Source of the DNA: Acidobacteriota bacterium
GTDB taxonomy: Bacteria > Acidobacteriota > UBA890 > WLXD01
NCBI GenBank assembly: GCA_963666055.2
Contig: CAXWPH010000012.1
Location: forward strand, 288,001-352,000
DNA: 64,000 nucleotides
Direction: 5' to 3'
This document shows positions 9,552 through 19,429 of the stretch, piece by piece. The translations under genes were made by a program, and so were the position numbers. The first letter of the stretch is position 1. Every line of letters starts with the position of its first letter. Under the pieces are notes generated by a model. That model searched no databases, was not told the origin of the DNA, and was given only the letters and a program-made list of their open reading frames with translations.

Positions 9552-10063
9552 CGCCGCAACTTGTTGCCGTCGATACGCTCCAGGTACTCGCGGCCCCGCT
9601 GCCGCGCCGCACGCGCCTCGGCACTGGTCGTCGGTCCATCATCGGCTGCCACCAGCTCACGAAGCGCCGCCTCCGCCAACTCCAGACGAGTGCGCAACTC
9701 GGCGAGATCGCCAATCGTCGCCATCGCGCCAGCCAAGCGCTCGTACTTCTCCTCCATCGTGTGTCCGTCCCAGGTGGATTCGTAGGGCGGCAGGTCACGA
9801 AAGTGCCGTGCCTGATCCCCTTGGAAATGCCACGATGCCTGCCCGGTGGGCAGATCGATGTAGACGCAACCGTGCCATTGCCGATCCGCGTCGTCGATCT
9901 CGGTGCGCTGTACGCCGGATGGGAACAGCCTGGCAAGCGCAGCGACGAGGCGATTGCGCTCGTCATACGCAGCAGCCTTTGCGGCGCGCAGGCGTTCGAC
10001 TTCTGACCTCAAGCGCTGTGACCGGACGCCCTTCCTGTCGTTGATTCTGTGATCAGCCACCAT
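9548..10063 (-). CDS. Phage-type WDGH-motif hypothetical protein
   Basis: AYDERNRLVAAL...YIDLPTGQASWHF...WDGHT..EKYERL pattern recalled from phage proteins. Confidence 0.65.
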   Translation of the reverse strand: MVADHRINDRKGVRSQRLRSEVERLRAAKAAAYDERNRLVAALARLFPSGVQRTEIDDADRQWHGCVYIDLPTGQASWHFQGDQARHFRDLPPYESTWDGHTMEEKYERLAGAMATIGDLAELRTRLELAEAALRELVAADDGPTTSAEARAARQRGREYLERIDGNKLRR

Positions 10064-10158
10064 CGTCGCTTCCCAAAACCGTCGCCCTCAACATCTCCTC
10101 TGCCGATTCTTTCTGCTTTGGTACGCGCTGCCTAGCGACCTAGGATTTGATGATTGTC

Positions 10159-10528
10159 TATGGAGAATCGCATGGCACAAGACTTTCAACAGCCTCCGTC
10201 GATCGGAACAGCACCGGCGGCAGCCGAAAGCAGGGTCGATCAAGACCCGGTGTTGCTACGGTTACACGCAGCGCTAAAGGGCCTCGATCAGGCCATCTAC
10301 GAGGCGCTGCGTGCACTCGACATAGCGCTTGGTCGTTCTCCTTCGAGTGCGCCTCCGGCAGCTCTGCCGTATCGCGAGCTCGGTCGCCTCAAGGACCATC
10401 TCCATAAAGTGACACCCGGTCCGACCGAGACAGCGCCGCGTTCTCTGGGCGACATGGCGCTCGACTGGGACGTCCCCGACGACGATAAGGAGAATTCGGA
10501 ATCGGCATCGGACTCTGACGCCTCCTGA
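10159..10528 (+). CDS. Hypothetical protein
   Basis: ORF with helical core and acidic tail; GGAGA RBS before ATG at 10171; no family recognised. Confidence 0.5.
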
Positions 10529-10581
10529 GCACGCCAGGGCGACCACCGAGCGGGCCCATCGCGACGTGCCCCCTTGGTCCC

Positions 10582-10606
10582 TTAGCAGGCCGTGGTGGAA
10601 GTGTGG
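10582..10606 (+). repeat. Isolated terminal remnant of MITE family A
   Basis: TTAGCAGGCCGTGGTGGAAGTGTGG. Confidence 0.75.
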
Positions 10607-10625
10607 CCTGTTAGAGCCGCACTAC

Positions 10626-13112
10626 CTACTCGGGCGGTCGATCGGGGGGCTTGGGTGGAGGCGGCATCTCATCGCCGGCTTCCGTAGGCTGCACCATTTC
10701 CGTTGTCGAGTCCCGAGCGCCCCGGCCCCACGTCATGAGCTGCTCGCCGAAGCTTCGCAGGCGAGCGTACACACGAGCGTTGATCGAGTCGGGGGTCCAG
10801 TCGCCCTTCTCGTCGCGCTCCCCGGCCGGCACCCCGGTCAGGATGCTGATTCCCTGATCGACGTGATCGACCGCCCAGACATTGAACGTACCGGCGGCAA
10901 CCGCATCGACCACATCCTGGCGCAGCATCAAATGCTGCACGTTGGCGCTCGGGATCATCACGCCCTGCTCGCCGGTGAGGCCCCGTGCAGCACAGACGTC
11001 GAAGAAGCCCTCGATCTTGTAGTTAACACCCCCGATTGCCTGTACTTGCCCACGCTGGTTGACTGATCCGGTCACCGCAATGCCCTGCTTGACGGGCACC
11101 TCGGCCAACGCCGATAGCAATACGTAGAGCTCGGTGCTTGATGCCGAGTCACCAGCGATCTCCGAATACGACTGTTCGAACGTCAGCGCTGCCGACAACG
11201 TGAGCGGCTGATCCTGAGCAAAGCGATCGCCCAGAAAACCCGTAATGATGAGCACGCCCTTGTCATGGGTAGCGTGGGACATGCGCACTCGGCGCTCGAT
11301 GTTGACGACACCGCTGCGACCGAGATGAACGGACACGGTGATTCGCGTTGGTCGGCCGAACAGGTAGTCACCGAGCATGTGCACAGCCAGACCGTTGATC
11401 TGTCCCGCCACCGCGCCGTCGGTATCGATAAGGATGATCTCGCGCTGGATGAACTCCTGTACCCGCTCCTTGCTGAGCGACGCACGAAACTCCGACTCCT
11501 CCACGGCGCGTTCGACATGTCGGTCCATGACCGGGTCCGAGTCATCCTGACGGGCCCAATAGGCAGCCTCGCGGATGAGATCGTTGAGCTCGCCGAAGCG
11601 CAGCGACACCTTCTGCTGGTCCTCGACCTTGCGTGAGCTCTCGTCGACGACCGCGGCCACCGCACTGCGATGAAATTGGGGTAGATTCTCCCGCTCGACG
11701 AGCTGGGCAATGAATGGCCCGAATCGCAACAGCGCTTCCTCGTTGCGCTCCGCCTGATAGTCGAAATCGGCCTTCACCTTGAAGATTTCGCGGAACACCT
11801 CGTCATAGGCGAACAACAAGTGGTAATAGCGCGGGTGTCCGATGAGGCAAACCTTCACATCGAGCTGGAGCGGCTCGGGCCGAAGCGTCGACGCCGAAAA
11901 CAATCCGTAGCGCTCGGCCACGTCTTCTACCCGTACTTCCTTGTTTACCAGGGCACGCTTCAGCGCCTCGTAAACGAACGGGTTGCGTAGCACATCCTCG
12001 ATGTCGAGCACGAGGTAGCCGCCGTTGGCCTTCGCCAGCGAGCCGGCGCGAATCATCGTGAAGTCGGTAATCAGGGCGCCGAACTGTGCCCGGCGCTCAA
12101 TGCGGCCGACGAGGTTGGCATAGGTGGGGTTGTTTTCGACGATCACGGGGGCGCCGTCCGCGGCTCCGTTGTCGACGATGAGATTGACTTCGTAGCGCGC
12201 CAGATCGGGTTCCTGCCGCGGCAGGCGCAAGCCCGGAATCGGCAGCTGTGGCTCGTCGCTCGGACGAAACTGCTCGATGTTTTCGAGCACGTCTTGCTCC
12301 ATCCTGCGGAGGTGCTCGAGAACGGGGTCGAGATCCTTGTAGCGCGGCCGCAGATCGCTCATCAGCGTGCCGAGCACGTTGGTCGCCACCTGGCGGTTCA
12401 GGTCCCGGACCTCCTCCTTGAGCGCCTGGTCAACGTCCTTGATCTCGGACATGACCTCGCGGATCTTCCCCTGCAGTCCCTCCATGCGGGAGTCGAGCTC
12501 CTTGCGCTCGTCCTCCGGCATGTCCTGATACTCCTCCTGCGTGAGGGGCTTCTTCTCGCGGACGGGGATGGTGCGGAAACCCATCGGCGTGCTCTTGATC
12601 TCGAACCCCAGCTCCGCCGCCTCGCCCTCGAGCTTGTCCAGCAGCCCTTGCTTCTGCGACTGGAACCGTTCGCTGGTAGCCCGCTGCTGCTCCTCGTATG
12701 CCTTCCCCTCGAACGCCTTGGGAACCCGTTCCTCGAGCTCTTCGACCAGCTCGTTGTGGTCGTCGCGCAATCGCGCGCCCATACCGGCCGGAAGCACTAG
12801 TACGCGCGGAGAGTCCGTATCGTCGAAGTTGTGGACGTAGGCAACGTCGGGTGGCGTCGAACGCCCCTCGCAGCAGCGCGACAGGATCCGCCGCAAGATG
12901 GTCTTACGCCCCGTCCCGGGCGGCCCGGCCAAGAACAGGTTGAACCCGGAGCTGGATATGTCCAGTCCGAACTCGATCGCGCGCACGGCGCGATCCTGCC
13001 CAATGATCTCGTCGAGCGGTTTAACATCGGCGGTGGTCTCGAACGGAAAGATGGCAGGATCGCACGTATTGCGTAGCTGATCGGGTTTCAGCCGCAACGC
13101 ATCGGCGTCCAC
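10626..13112 (-). CDS. LonC-type (AAA_32) Lon protease homolog
   Basis: IIGQDRA, GPPGTGRKT degenerate Walker A, GSLAKANGGYL, GDSASS and GGVNYKIEGF Ser-Lys dyad. Confidence 0.92.
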   Translation of the reverse strand: MDADALRLKPDQLRNTCDPAIFPFETTADVKPLDEIIGQDRAVRAIEFGLDISSSGFNLFLAGPPGTGRKTILRRILSRCCEGRSTPPDVAYVHNFDDTDSPRVLVLPAGMGARLRDDHNELVEELEERVPKAFEGKAYEEQQRATSERFQSQKQGLLDKLEGEAAELGFEIKSTPMGFRTIPVREKKPLTQEEYQDMPEDERKELDSRMEGLQGKIREVMSEIKDVDQALKEEVRDLNRQVATNVLGTLMSDLRPRYKDLDPVLEHLRRMEQDVLENIEQFRPSDEPQLPIPGLRLPRQEPDLARYEVNLIVDNGAADGAPVIVENNPTYANLVGRIERRAQFGALITDFTMIRAGSLAKANGGYLVLDIEDVLRNPFVYEALKRALVNKEVRVEDVAERYGLFSASTLRPEPLQLDVKVCLIGHPRYYHLLFAYDEVFREIFKVKADFDYQAERNEEALLRFGPFIAQLVERENLPQFHRSAVAAVVDESSRKVEDQQKVSLRFGELNDLIREAAYWARQDDSDPVMDRHVERAVEESEFRASLSKERVQEFIQREIILIDTDGAVAGQINGLAVHMLGDYLFGRPTRITVSVHLGRSGVVNIERRVRMSHATHDKGVLIITGFLGDRFAQDQPLTLSAALTFEQSYSEIAGDSASSTELYVLLSALAEVPVKQGIAVTGSVNQRGQVQAIGGVNYKIEGFFDVCAARGLTGEQGVMIPSANVQHLMLRQDVVDAVAAGTFNVWAVDHVDQGISILTGVPAGERDEKGDWTPDSINARVYARLRSFGEQLMTWGRGARDSTTEMVQPTEAGDEMPPPPKPPDRPPE

Positions 13113-13118
13113 AGCAGC

Positions 13119-13289
13119 CTAGAGTCCGATCGCGGTGCGCCCGGCGGCGATCAGCGCCAACAGGACGACAATTCCGATGATCGTCTTGACGACCCAGCCC
13201 GAACCACCGCCCAAGACCATGCGGTCGTACCGCGCGGCGAAGTCGTCGGGCTCGCCGTTTACCCCCACTCCCGTTCGCTTGTCGCTCAT
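13119..13289 (-). CDS. Small single-pass membrane protein (56 aa), not in ORF track
   Basis: MSDKRTGVGVNGEPDDFAARYDRMVLGGGSGWVVKTIIGIVVLLALIAAGRTAIGL*; AGGAG RBS; fills the folE-LonC gap. Confidence 0.6.
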   Translation of the reverse strand: MSDKRTGVGVNGEPDDFAARYDRMVLGGGSGWVVKTIIGIVVLLALIAAGRTAIGL

Positions 13290-13295
13290 CCGTTC

Positions 13296-13955
13296 CTACT
13301 CCTGTTGGCGGGCCGCATCTTGCAACCCGTCTTGATCGCCCCTGGTCGAGCTCGCCGGCCTCAACCAGGCCAGGCAATGATCTTGCAACCGCTGATCAGT
13401 GGCCAGACTACCGGCGAACGCTGCGGTACGCGTAACGCTACCGCGTTGGCGCCGACCGCGCGCGAACACACAAAGATGCTCGGCCTCGAGCACACAGGCG
13501 GCGCCTAACGCCGCCACTCCCGACATCAACTCCTCGGCGATCTGCTCGCCTAGGCGCTCCTGCATCTGCAACCGACGCGACAGGCAGTGAACCAACTCCT
13601 CGATGCGCGAGAGCCCGGTGAGGCGCTCGTCGGGCAGGTAGGCGACGTGCGCCTGCCCGAAGAATGGCAGGAGGTGATGCGCACAGACCGAGACGAACGG
13701 AATGCTGGTAACCGTAACGATGTCGCCGCTGCGCTCCGGCCAGGTGGGCTCGAGCACCGACCCCGGATCGATCGCATAGCCGCTCAACAAGTCGTTGATC
13801 CACGCCGCGGCGGTGTTATCAGGAGCCTCGCCCGCTGCGTCTTCCGCCAGGCCTGCGGCGGCCAGGAAGTGCGCCACGGCGTCACGCATCCCTTCCCGGT
13901 CGAAGCGCGACGCCGCGTCGACAGGTTGTGAACGCACCGGTGAATCAGGGGGCAT
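13296..13955 (-). CDS. folE: GTP cyclohydrolase I homolog (divergent)
   Basis: SVCAHHLLPFFG.AHVAY, GLS, RRLQMQERL, EAEHLC..ARG. Confidence 0.85.
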   Translation of the reverse strand: MPPDSPVRSQPVDAASRFDREGMRDAVAHFLAAAGLAEDAAGEAPDNTAAAWINDLLSGYAIDPGSVLEPTWPERSGDIVTVTSIPFVSVCAHHLLPFFGQAHVAYLPDERLTGLSRIEELVHCLSRRLQMQERLGEQIAEELMSGVAALGAACVLEAEHLCVFARGRRQRGSVTRTAAFAGSLATDQRLQDHCLAWLRPASSTRGDQDGLQDAARQQE

Positions 13956-14022
13956 CAGGCCCTCGAGGCGCTGGCGAACGCAGTTGGGGACTCAGTGCGA
14001 GCAGAGTACGGGCGCCCGTGGG

Positions 14023-14757
14023 TCATTGCAATCCGGCTCCGATAGCGTCGACGGGCGCCGCGACAAGAGCCTGTGAGACGGCATCATGGACGCGATCTCG
14101 GAGATCGTTCCGGTTGCCGAAGTCTAGACCTCGGGTCGGAATCGGGGAAAGAAACTCGATCTCAACGATCCCCGGTGTGATTGTCATGCTCCCCTTGGGC
14201 TGGATCCCGCGAGTGCCGCGAACGACCACGGGAGCGACCGGCACCTGTGCCTTGATGGCCATCACGAACGGTCCCTTCTTGAAGGCCTGCAGGCGACCGT
14301 CTTTGCTCCGCGTGCCCTCGGCGAAGACAAGGAAGTCGTATCCCTTGCGCAACGCCTCGGCAGCCAAATCAACTGCCCGCATGCCGCGTTCGCGGTCGTG
14401 GCGATGCACCGGCGGAAACTGCGCCGCGCGAAGCACGGCCCCAAATACGGGCAGCTTGAAGACCGCCGCCTTGGCAAACGCACGGATGTTCCGGCCGATC
14501 GCAACGAACACCACCGGCGGGTCGACGTTGCTGAGGTGATTCGCCACGAAGACATACGTGGCTTCCGGATCCAACCGGTCTCGCCCGATCACCCGAAGCT
14601 GGATCCCGGCGACGCGGAGCAGCCCGCGCGCGATCGGAAACGCGAGGGCGTACAGGGGCCGTGGCGAGCCGGTGATCCAGGCGGCCAACAGGCCAATCGA
14701 TCCACCGATCGGAATGATCAGCGCCATAGCGACGCCGGTGATCAGGGCGCGTAGCAA
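14023..14757 (-). CDS. plsC: 1-acyl-sn-glycerol-3-phosphate acyltransferase
   Basis: NHLSNVD (NHxxxxD) and FAEGTRS motifs. Confidence 0.9.
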   Translation of the reverse strand: MLRALITGVAMALIIPIGGSIGLLAAWITGSPRPLYALAFPIARGLLRVAGIQLRVIGRDRLDPEATYVFVANHLSNVDPPVVFVAIGRNIRAFAKAAVFKLPVFGAVLRAAQFPPVHRHDRERGMRAVDLAAEALRKGYDFLVFAEGTRSKDGRLQAFKKGPFVMAIKAQVPVAPVVVRGTRGIQPKGSMTITPGIVEIEFLSPIPTRGLDFGNRNDLRDRVHDAVSQALVAAPVDAIGAGLQ

Positions 14758-14799
14758 GACACAGGAGCCCGTCGCGGAACTCTCATCGGCGGGGGTGAG

Positions 14800-14973
14800 C
14801 TAGTGTCCTGTAACAGAGGTTCGTTGCAACTTGTGGCGCGCCACCGAGTCGGATCCCAGGAGGCCCGACGACGGGAATGCTGTGTACATCGCAGAGGAGG
14901 GCGGACGTCGGAAGCGGCCGGTCCCACGGTCGCCCGGAGGGCTGGGTCGCAAACCTCTGTTACAGGACACTAG
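14800..14973. mobile_element. MITE family B (174 bp), non-autonomous
   Basis: Perfect 22-bp terminal inverted repeats CTAGTGTCCTGTAACAGAGGTT ... AACCTCTGTTACAGGACACTAG; no coding capacity. Confidence 0.85.
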
Positions 14974-15758
14974 TGCAGTCTGTAGGTAACGGTGAAAACA
15001 GCGATCACCGGGACGGGCACACCATCCTTCATCCCCGGCTTGAAGACCCATTTCTGGATGGCCTCCATGGCGCGGGTATTGAGCTCTTCGTCCGGAAGCC
15101 CGCGAAGCAGGCGCGGATCGACGACCGAGCCGTCGACATCCACGACCGCCTCGATCCAGACCTCCCCCTGAATCCCCTTACGGGTAGCCTCCGGCGTGTA
15201 CTCTGGGTCCACCTGGCGCAATACCTGCGGCGAGAGAATTCCACCGTCGCCAGCCCGGAACGCCCGTCCGCGCAGCCCGCCGGCGCCCGGAATGCCCAGC
15301 GGATCGCCGATGGCGAATTCGTCGTCGAACTCACCCTTGTCAACATCTGACGCCTCGGGCTCGATGGGCTCCGGATCATCCGGCGTCGGATCAGGAATCG
15401 GCACCACCGAAGCCGATTTCCTTCTCTTCGTTTTCTTCGCCTTGGCGGGCGGCGCCGGCGGCGTGTACCGCTTCACGACCGTCGCCGCAGTGCGCTCGAG
15501 CTCCACGACTTCGGGCATTGCGGCGGGTATCACCAACAGGAACGCAATGAAGTGGGCGACGATCGCGAAGATCCCCGACTTCTTCAACGAGACAGTGCGC
15601 TCTGAGTTCTTTCCTTCGAGGTACTCCCGAAACACCTCCACACCGGTGCCGGCGGGAGCGGAAGGCGCGCCGGATGACTCCCGGCGCATTTTCGCCCACC
15701 GCCGAGACTTCTCGTCGCGGAGTTGAATTTTCGGATACCGATCGCCGCCGAGATTCAT
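14970..15758 (-). CDS. Energy transducer TonB family protein
   Basis: TM helix with His, Pro-rich linker, PEYTPEA..KGIQGEV...WVFKPG TonB_C domain. Confidence 0.88.
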   Translation of the reverse strand: MNLGGDRYPKIQLRDEKSRRWAKMRRESSGAPSAPAGTGVEVFREYLEGKNSERTVSLKKSGIFAIVAHFIAFLLVIPAAMPEVVELERTAATVVKRYTPPAPPAKAKKTKRRKSASVVPIPDPTPDDPEPIEPEASDVDKGEFDDEFAIGDPLGIPGAGGLRGRAFRAGDGGILSPQVLRQVDPEYTPEATRKGIQGEVWIEAVVDVDGSVVDPRLLRGLPDEELNTRAMEAIQKWVFKPGMKDGVPVPVIAVFTVTYRLH

Positions 15759-15945
15759 GGTTCAGATTGCCCGATAGACCGTTCGACCACCTATAAACGA
15801 TTATAGGTGGACGTCAGATGGAGGTCTATGACACGTTCCCACGGAGCGTTTGAGTGTCGCCTGTTGGGGCTGTATTCTCTTTTGCCAGATAGGAATCGAT
15901 GGTTTCGTCGGCGCGGCGGATGGCCGCCATTGTGGGGGACGACGC

Positions 15946-16224
15946 ATGGCTCGCGCGGTCAAGAAACGCCCGAAGAAACACTCTGCATCGATCGCCATCG
16001 TGCGTCGCCACGACTGCACAGGGTGCGAGGCCTGCATCATTTTCTGCCCAGTGGACTGCATCGATCTGGTGCAGCCGGGGGGAAACCCGGCAGAGAAGTA
16101 CGTGCTCATCGACAAGGAGACCTGCATCGGCTGCCTGCTATGCGCGCGGTACTGCCCGTGGGATTCGATCGACATGATCAAGCGCGAACCCTTCGACCAG
16201 ACTGGCGATCTCGTCTTCATATAG
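15946..16224 (+). CDS. 2x[4Fe-4S] ferredoxin
   Basis: CTGCEACIIFCP and CIGCLLCARYCP. Confidence 0.9.
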   Translation: MARAVKKRPKKHSASIAIVRRHDCTGCEACIIFCPVDCIDLVQPGGNPAEKYVLIDKETCIGCLLCARYCPWDSIDMIKREPFDQTGDLVFI

Positions 16225-16263
16225 GTGCTGGTGCGGCGGCAGCCCCACCAGCACGCCGGCGTG

Positions 16264-17094
16264 CTAGGAAAGCCCCGCGACGACGCATTCTTCACCGCCC
16301 CTGAGCAGGTGCTCCCGAGCGCTGTCGTCATCGTCGCGCCGGTGATAAGCCTCCGCCAAGGCGCAATGAGCAGCGGGAAGCAGGTAAGTCGAGGTGCCGC
16401 GTAGCTCATCGACGAGCTGCAACGTGTTGATGGCGCGATCCAGATCACCGCGCTCGAGGTATTCGCGCCCGAGTCGGAGGTACAGATCTGGAAGCGGCGG
16501 CCGCTTGAGCGCGGCGGCAATGTACGCTTGAAAGGCAGCCTGGTTACGACCCTGTTCTTGGTACATGGTCCCGAGGTGGTAGTAGGGCGTGCCGACATCC
16601 GGATGAACCTCCAGGGCCTGTTGGTAGTAGCGCTCGGCATCCTCGAAGCGCCGCGCCGACCCGGCGGCCTGGCCCTCGCGCACTAGCATCATCGCGTACA
16701 GCTCTTTGACCCGCAGGTTATCGGGCTGGGCCTCGTACAGTCGCTCCAGGCTCTCGACAATGGGGGCAGCATCACCGCCGCGGAACGCCCAGGCCTCGCC
16801 GAGCAGCAATGTGTACTCCAGCCGCGCTTCGAAATCATCGCCAAACTGCTCGAGATGCCGTTGATACAGTCCGATCGCGCGCCCTCGGTCACGGTCGTCG
16901 GCCGCTTCGCGGGCCAACTCCAGCGCCGAGCGATCCTCCGCACAGGCAACTGCCAGCACCGCCGCAAGCAGGACACTCGACGGTGCAAGACGTGAGCAAT
17001 CGAGCCGCCGCGATCGCCGAGCCTCAAGGCTGCATGGCGTCTCAGCGCTGCACCGTGCCTCAGGGCTGCACAATGCGACTCTCGGACGACTCAC
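16264..17094 (-). CDS. TPR-repeat (lipo)protein; start uncertain
   Basis: LAVAC lipobox-like; several TPR motifs (PYYHLG, LYLRLG). Confidence 0.7.
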   Translation of the reverse strand: MSRPRVALCSPEARCSAETPCSLEARRSRRLDCSRLAPSSVLLAAVLAVACAEDRSALELAREAADDRDRGRAIGLYQRHLEQFGDDFEARLEYTLLLGEAWAFRGGDAAPIVESLERLYEAQPDNLRVKELYAMMLVREGQAAGSARRFEDAERYYQQALEVHPDVGTPYYHLGTMYQEQGRNQAAFQAYIAAALKRPPLPDLYLRLGREYLERGDLDRAINTLQLVDELRGTSTYLLPAAHCALAEAYHRRDDDDSAREHLLRGGEECVVAGLS

Positions 17095-18649
17095 GGTCCT
17101 CCTCCTGACGTACGCTTTGATAGGCGGCCAGCACGCCGCGCTGGATCAGGGCGCGCGCAAACGGGTGATCGGAGTACAGATCGGCGACATCGGTGAAGCC
17201 CTGCGCGGCAGCGAGAGCGAGCTCCGCCTCGCGCTCGTGCTTCGTCGCCCTCAAGACATCCGTCATCTGCTCCAACCGCTGCCTGTAGCGCATGCGTGTG
17301 ACCTCGTCGAAGACCTCGGCGACGCCGCTAATCTCGCGGTCCACCTGTTGCTTTCGCTGCTCCTCGTCTACCAGCAGGGTGCTCGTTTCGGCACGACGAA
17401 CCCCGGCCGCGGCACTTTCGACTGCCTCGCCGAGAACGGCCCAGTTGGCGAAGTAGGGCTCGCCGAGCAGATCGGCCGACTGTGCCAACAATTCGCGCTG
17501 TTCTGGGACGGAGCGACCGCCCTGGTCGTCTGGCGCGCCTTCCTTCGCCTTCTCCCTTGCTGAATCCACCGCCATGCTCCCGCCTTGCGGCACCCCGACC
17601 GATGCGGCAAACAACTCTGCCGCCGTATCGTCGCGCCATGCCTCGTACTCGGGTGGCAGATCGTTTCCGGCGGCGGCGGCCAACGCCTCCCCGGCGCGCA
17701 AGATCGCCACCGCTTGTGCCAGCTCGAGCTGCGCTATCAAGAGCGTCGGATTGGCTCGAAGGCGCTCGATGTGGGCCCTGAACTCCTTCAGCGCCACGGA
17801 CATCACCTCGGACTTTCGCAGCCCCTGCTGATCGTCGACGACCGCCTCCAGCAAGCGGTAGCCACCCTTGATAGAGGGTGCCATCACCCATACGATGCGC
17901 CCGCCTGACCCATCGATGCCGGTGGCAAAGCTGCGCGACTCGCGTTGCATGTCCGGCGCAATCTGCAGCGAGAATCTTTCTTGCGCCGGCGTTTCCTCGG
18001 CCACGTCGACGCCGGCGGCTCGTAAGCGATGCAGGGCCCGCTTGGCAATCTTTCGCAGCTTGCGATCCTCCCCTGCAACCAGTCGCCGCAGAGACGGTGC
18101 GGCCTCTTGGTTCCCCGACGCACCGAGACGCTCGACGACAATGGGGTCCATCCGGGGGTCCAGTCCCAAGACAGTTTCAAGAAGGCTGGCATCCGAACCT
18201 GAGCGCGCCAGCCAGGCGCGCAGCACAGATTCCTTCCAAGCCTCCGGCAACGCCAGCACGGAATCCAAACCCTTGGCGTCGGGAGCTTCAACGAACTGAC
18301 GTGCCGCGCGCAGCGTATCCTCGACCTGCTGCGGTATCTCGACGCCGACGTCGCGAAGTAGGTCAATCGCCTCCCCCTTGGCCTCGAGCGGTACTGCATG
18401 GCGCAAGGCCTGCGACGCGATCTCGTTTGCCAACCCGCCGGAACGCGCCAATCGCACCAGGCGGATCGTGGCCGCGAGGCGCTCGGGCGGCGCGCTGCAA
18501 ACCGCCTCTCGGAGCCCCGCTTCCACCCCTGCCCCGAATGCCATGACGGCCTTGACCTCGCGTTCGGGCACCTCGCCATCGAGTCCACCCTTGTCGATGC
18601 GGCTCACGGCGCGCCGAATCGCCTTGACGAGTTCTTTCGGAGGGCTCAT
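17060..18649 (-). CDS. Hypothetical protein with HEAT-like repeat region
   Basis: Long ORF overlapping the coaX stop; helical repeat LRKIAKRALHRL; IDGSGGR motif. Confidence 0.7.
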   Translation of the reverse strand: MSPPKELVKAIRRAVSRIDKGGLDGEVPEREVKAVMAFGAGVEAGLREAVCSAPPERLAATIRLVRLARSGGLANEIASQALRHAVPLEAKGEAIDLLRDVGVEIPQQVEDTLRAARQFVEAPDAKGLDSVLALPEAWKESVLRAWLARSGSDASLLETVLGLDPRMDPIVVERLGASGNQEAAPSLRRLVAGEDRKLRKIAKRALHRLRAAGVDVAEETPAQERFSLQIAPDMQRESRSFATGIDGSGGRIVWVMAPSIKGGYRLLEAVVDDQQGLRKSEVMSVALKEFRAHIERLRANPTLLIAQLELAQAVAILRAGEALAAAAGNDLPPEYEAWRDDTAAELFAASVGVPQGGSMAVDSAREKAKEGAPDDQGGRSVPEQRELLAQSADLLGEPYFANWAVLGEAVESAAAGVRRAETSTLLVDEEQRKQQVDREISGVAEVFDEVTRMRYRQRLEQMTDVLRATKHEREAELALAAAQGFTDVADLYSDHPFARALIQRGVLAAYQSVRQEEDRESSESRIVQP

Positions 18650-19419
18650 TGCTTGCTCGCGTAGTTGGCGTGAATGAACCTCAGGCCCTCGAGGGTGAGC
18701 AACAGATCGATATGCTGTATGCGTTCGCACGCCTCCCCGATGGTCACCGCCCATCCACCAGTGGCGATAACCGTCGGCTCGGCACCCAGCTCCAGGCTGA
18801 TGCGGCGGAGCAGCCCATCTACGAGGTCGGCGTAGCCATAGAACAGACCCGACCTCACGCTGCCCACGGTAGATCGACCGATGACCTGCTCGGGCCGCGC
18901 TATGTCGACTCGCGGGAGGCGTGCCGCACGCGCAAACAGGGCGTCGGCCGACACTCCGACACCGGTAGCGATCACGCCCCCGAGATAGGCGCCCTCGTCG
19001 TTGATCACATCGAACGTTGTGGCGGTACCGAAATCCACTACCACGGCAGGGACGCCGTACTTTTGGCGTGCCGCAACCGCGTTGACGATACGGTCTGCCC
19101 CGACATCGCCCGGCGGATCGTAAAGCACCGGAAGATCATCAACGAGGTCGGCACTCACGAGCAGTGGCTCGACGCCGAAGTACCGTTGCGACATACGCGC
19201 GAGGGCCCCCGTCAAGGGTGGCACGACGCTCGCCACGACAATGCCGGAAATATCCTCGGTGGCGATCTCCTCGCGCTCCAGGAGCGACAGCGACAATAGT
19301 CCCATCTCGTCAGCGGTGCCGTTGCCGCGCGTTGCCAAGCGCCAGTCAGCCCGCAGGGTAGCGCCGTCGAACACCCCAAACTGAGTGTTCGTGTTGCCCA
19401 CATCGATTGCCAGGAGCAC
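18646..19419 (-). CDS. coaX: Type III pantothenate kinase
   Basis: IDVGNTN, GADRIVN, VDFGTATTFD, LTLEGL. Confidence 0.95.
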   Translation of the reverse strand: MLLAIDVGNTNTQFGVFDGATLRADWRLATRGNGTADEMGLLSLSLLEREEIATEDISGIVVASVVPPLTGALARMSQRYFGVEPLLVSADLVDDLPVLYDPPGDVGADRIVNAVAARQKYGVPAVVVDFGTATTFDVINDEGAYLGGVIATGVGVSADALFARAARLPRVDIARPEQVIGRSTVGSVRSGLFYGYADLVDGLLRRISLELGAEPTVIATGGWAVTIGEACERIQHIDLLLTLEGLRFIHANYASKQ

Positions 19420-19429
19420 TTGCGCCTCG

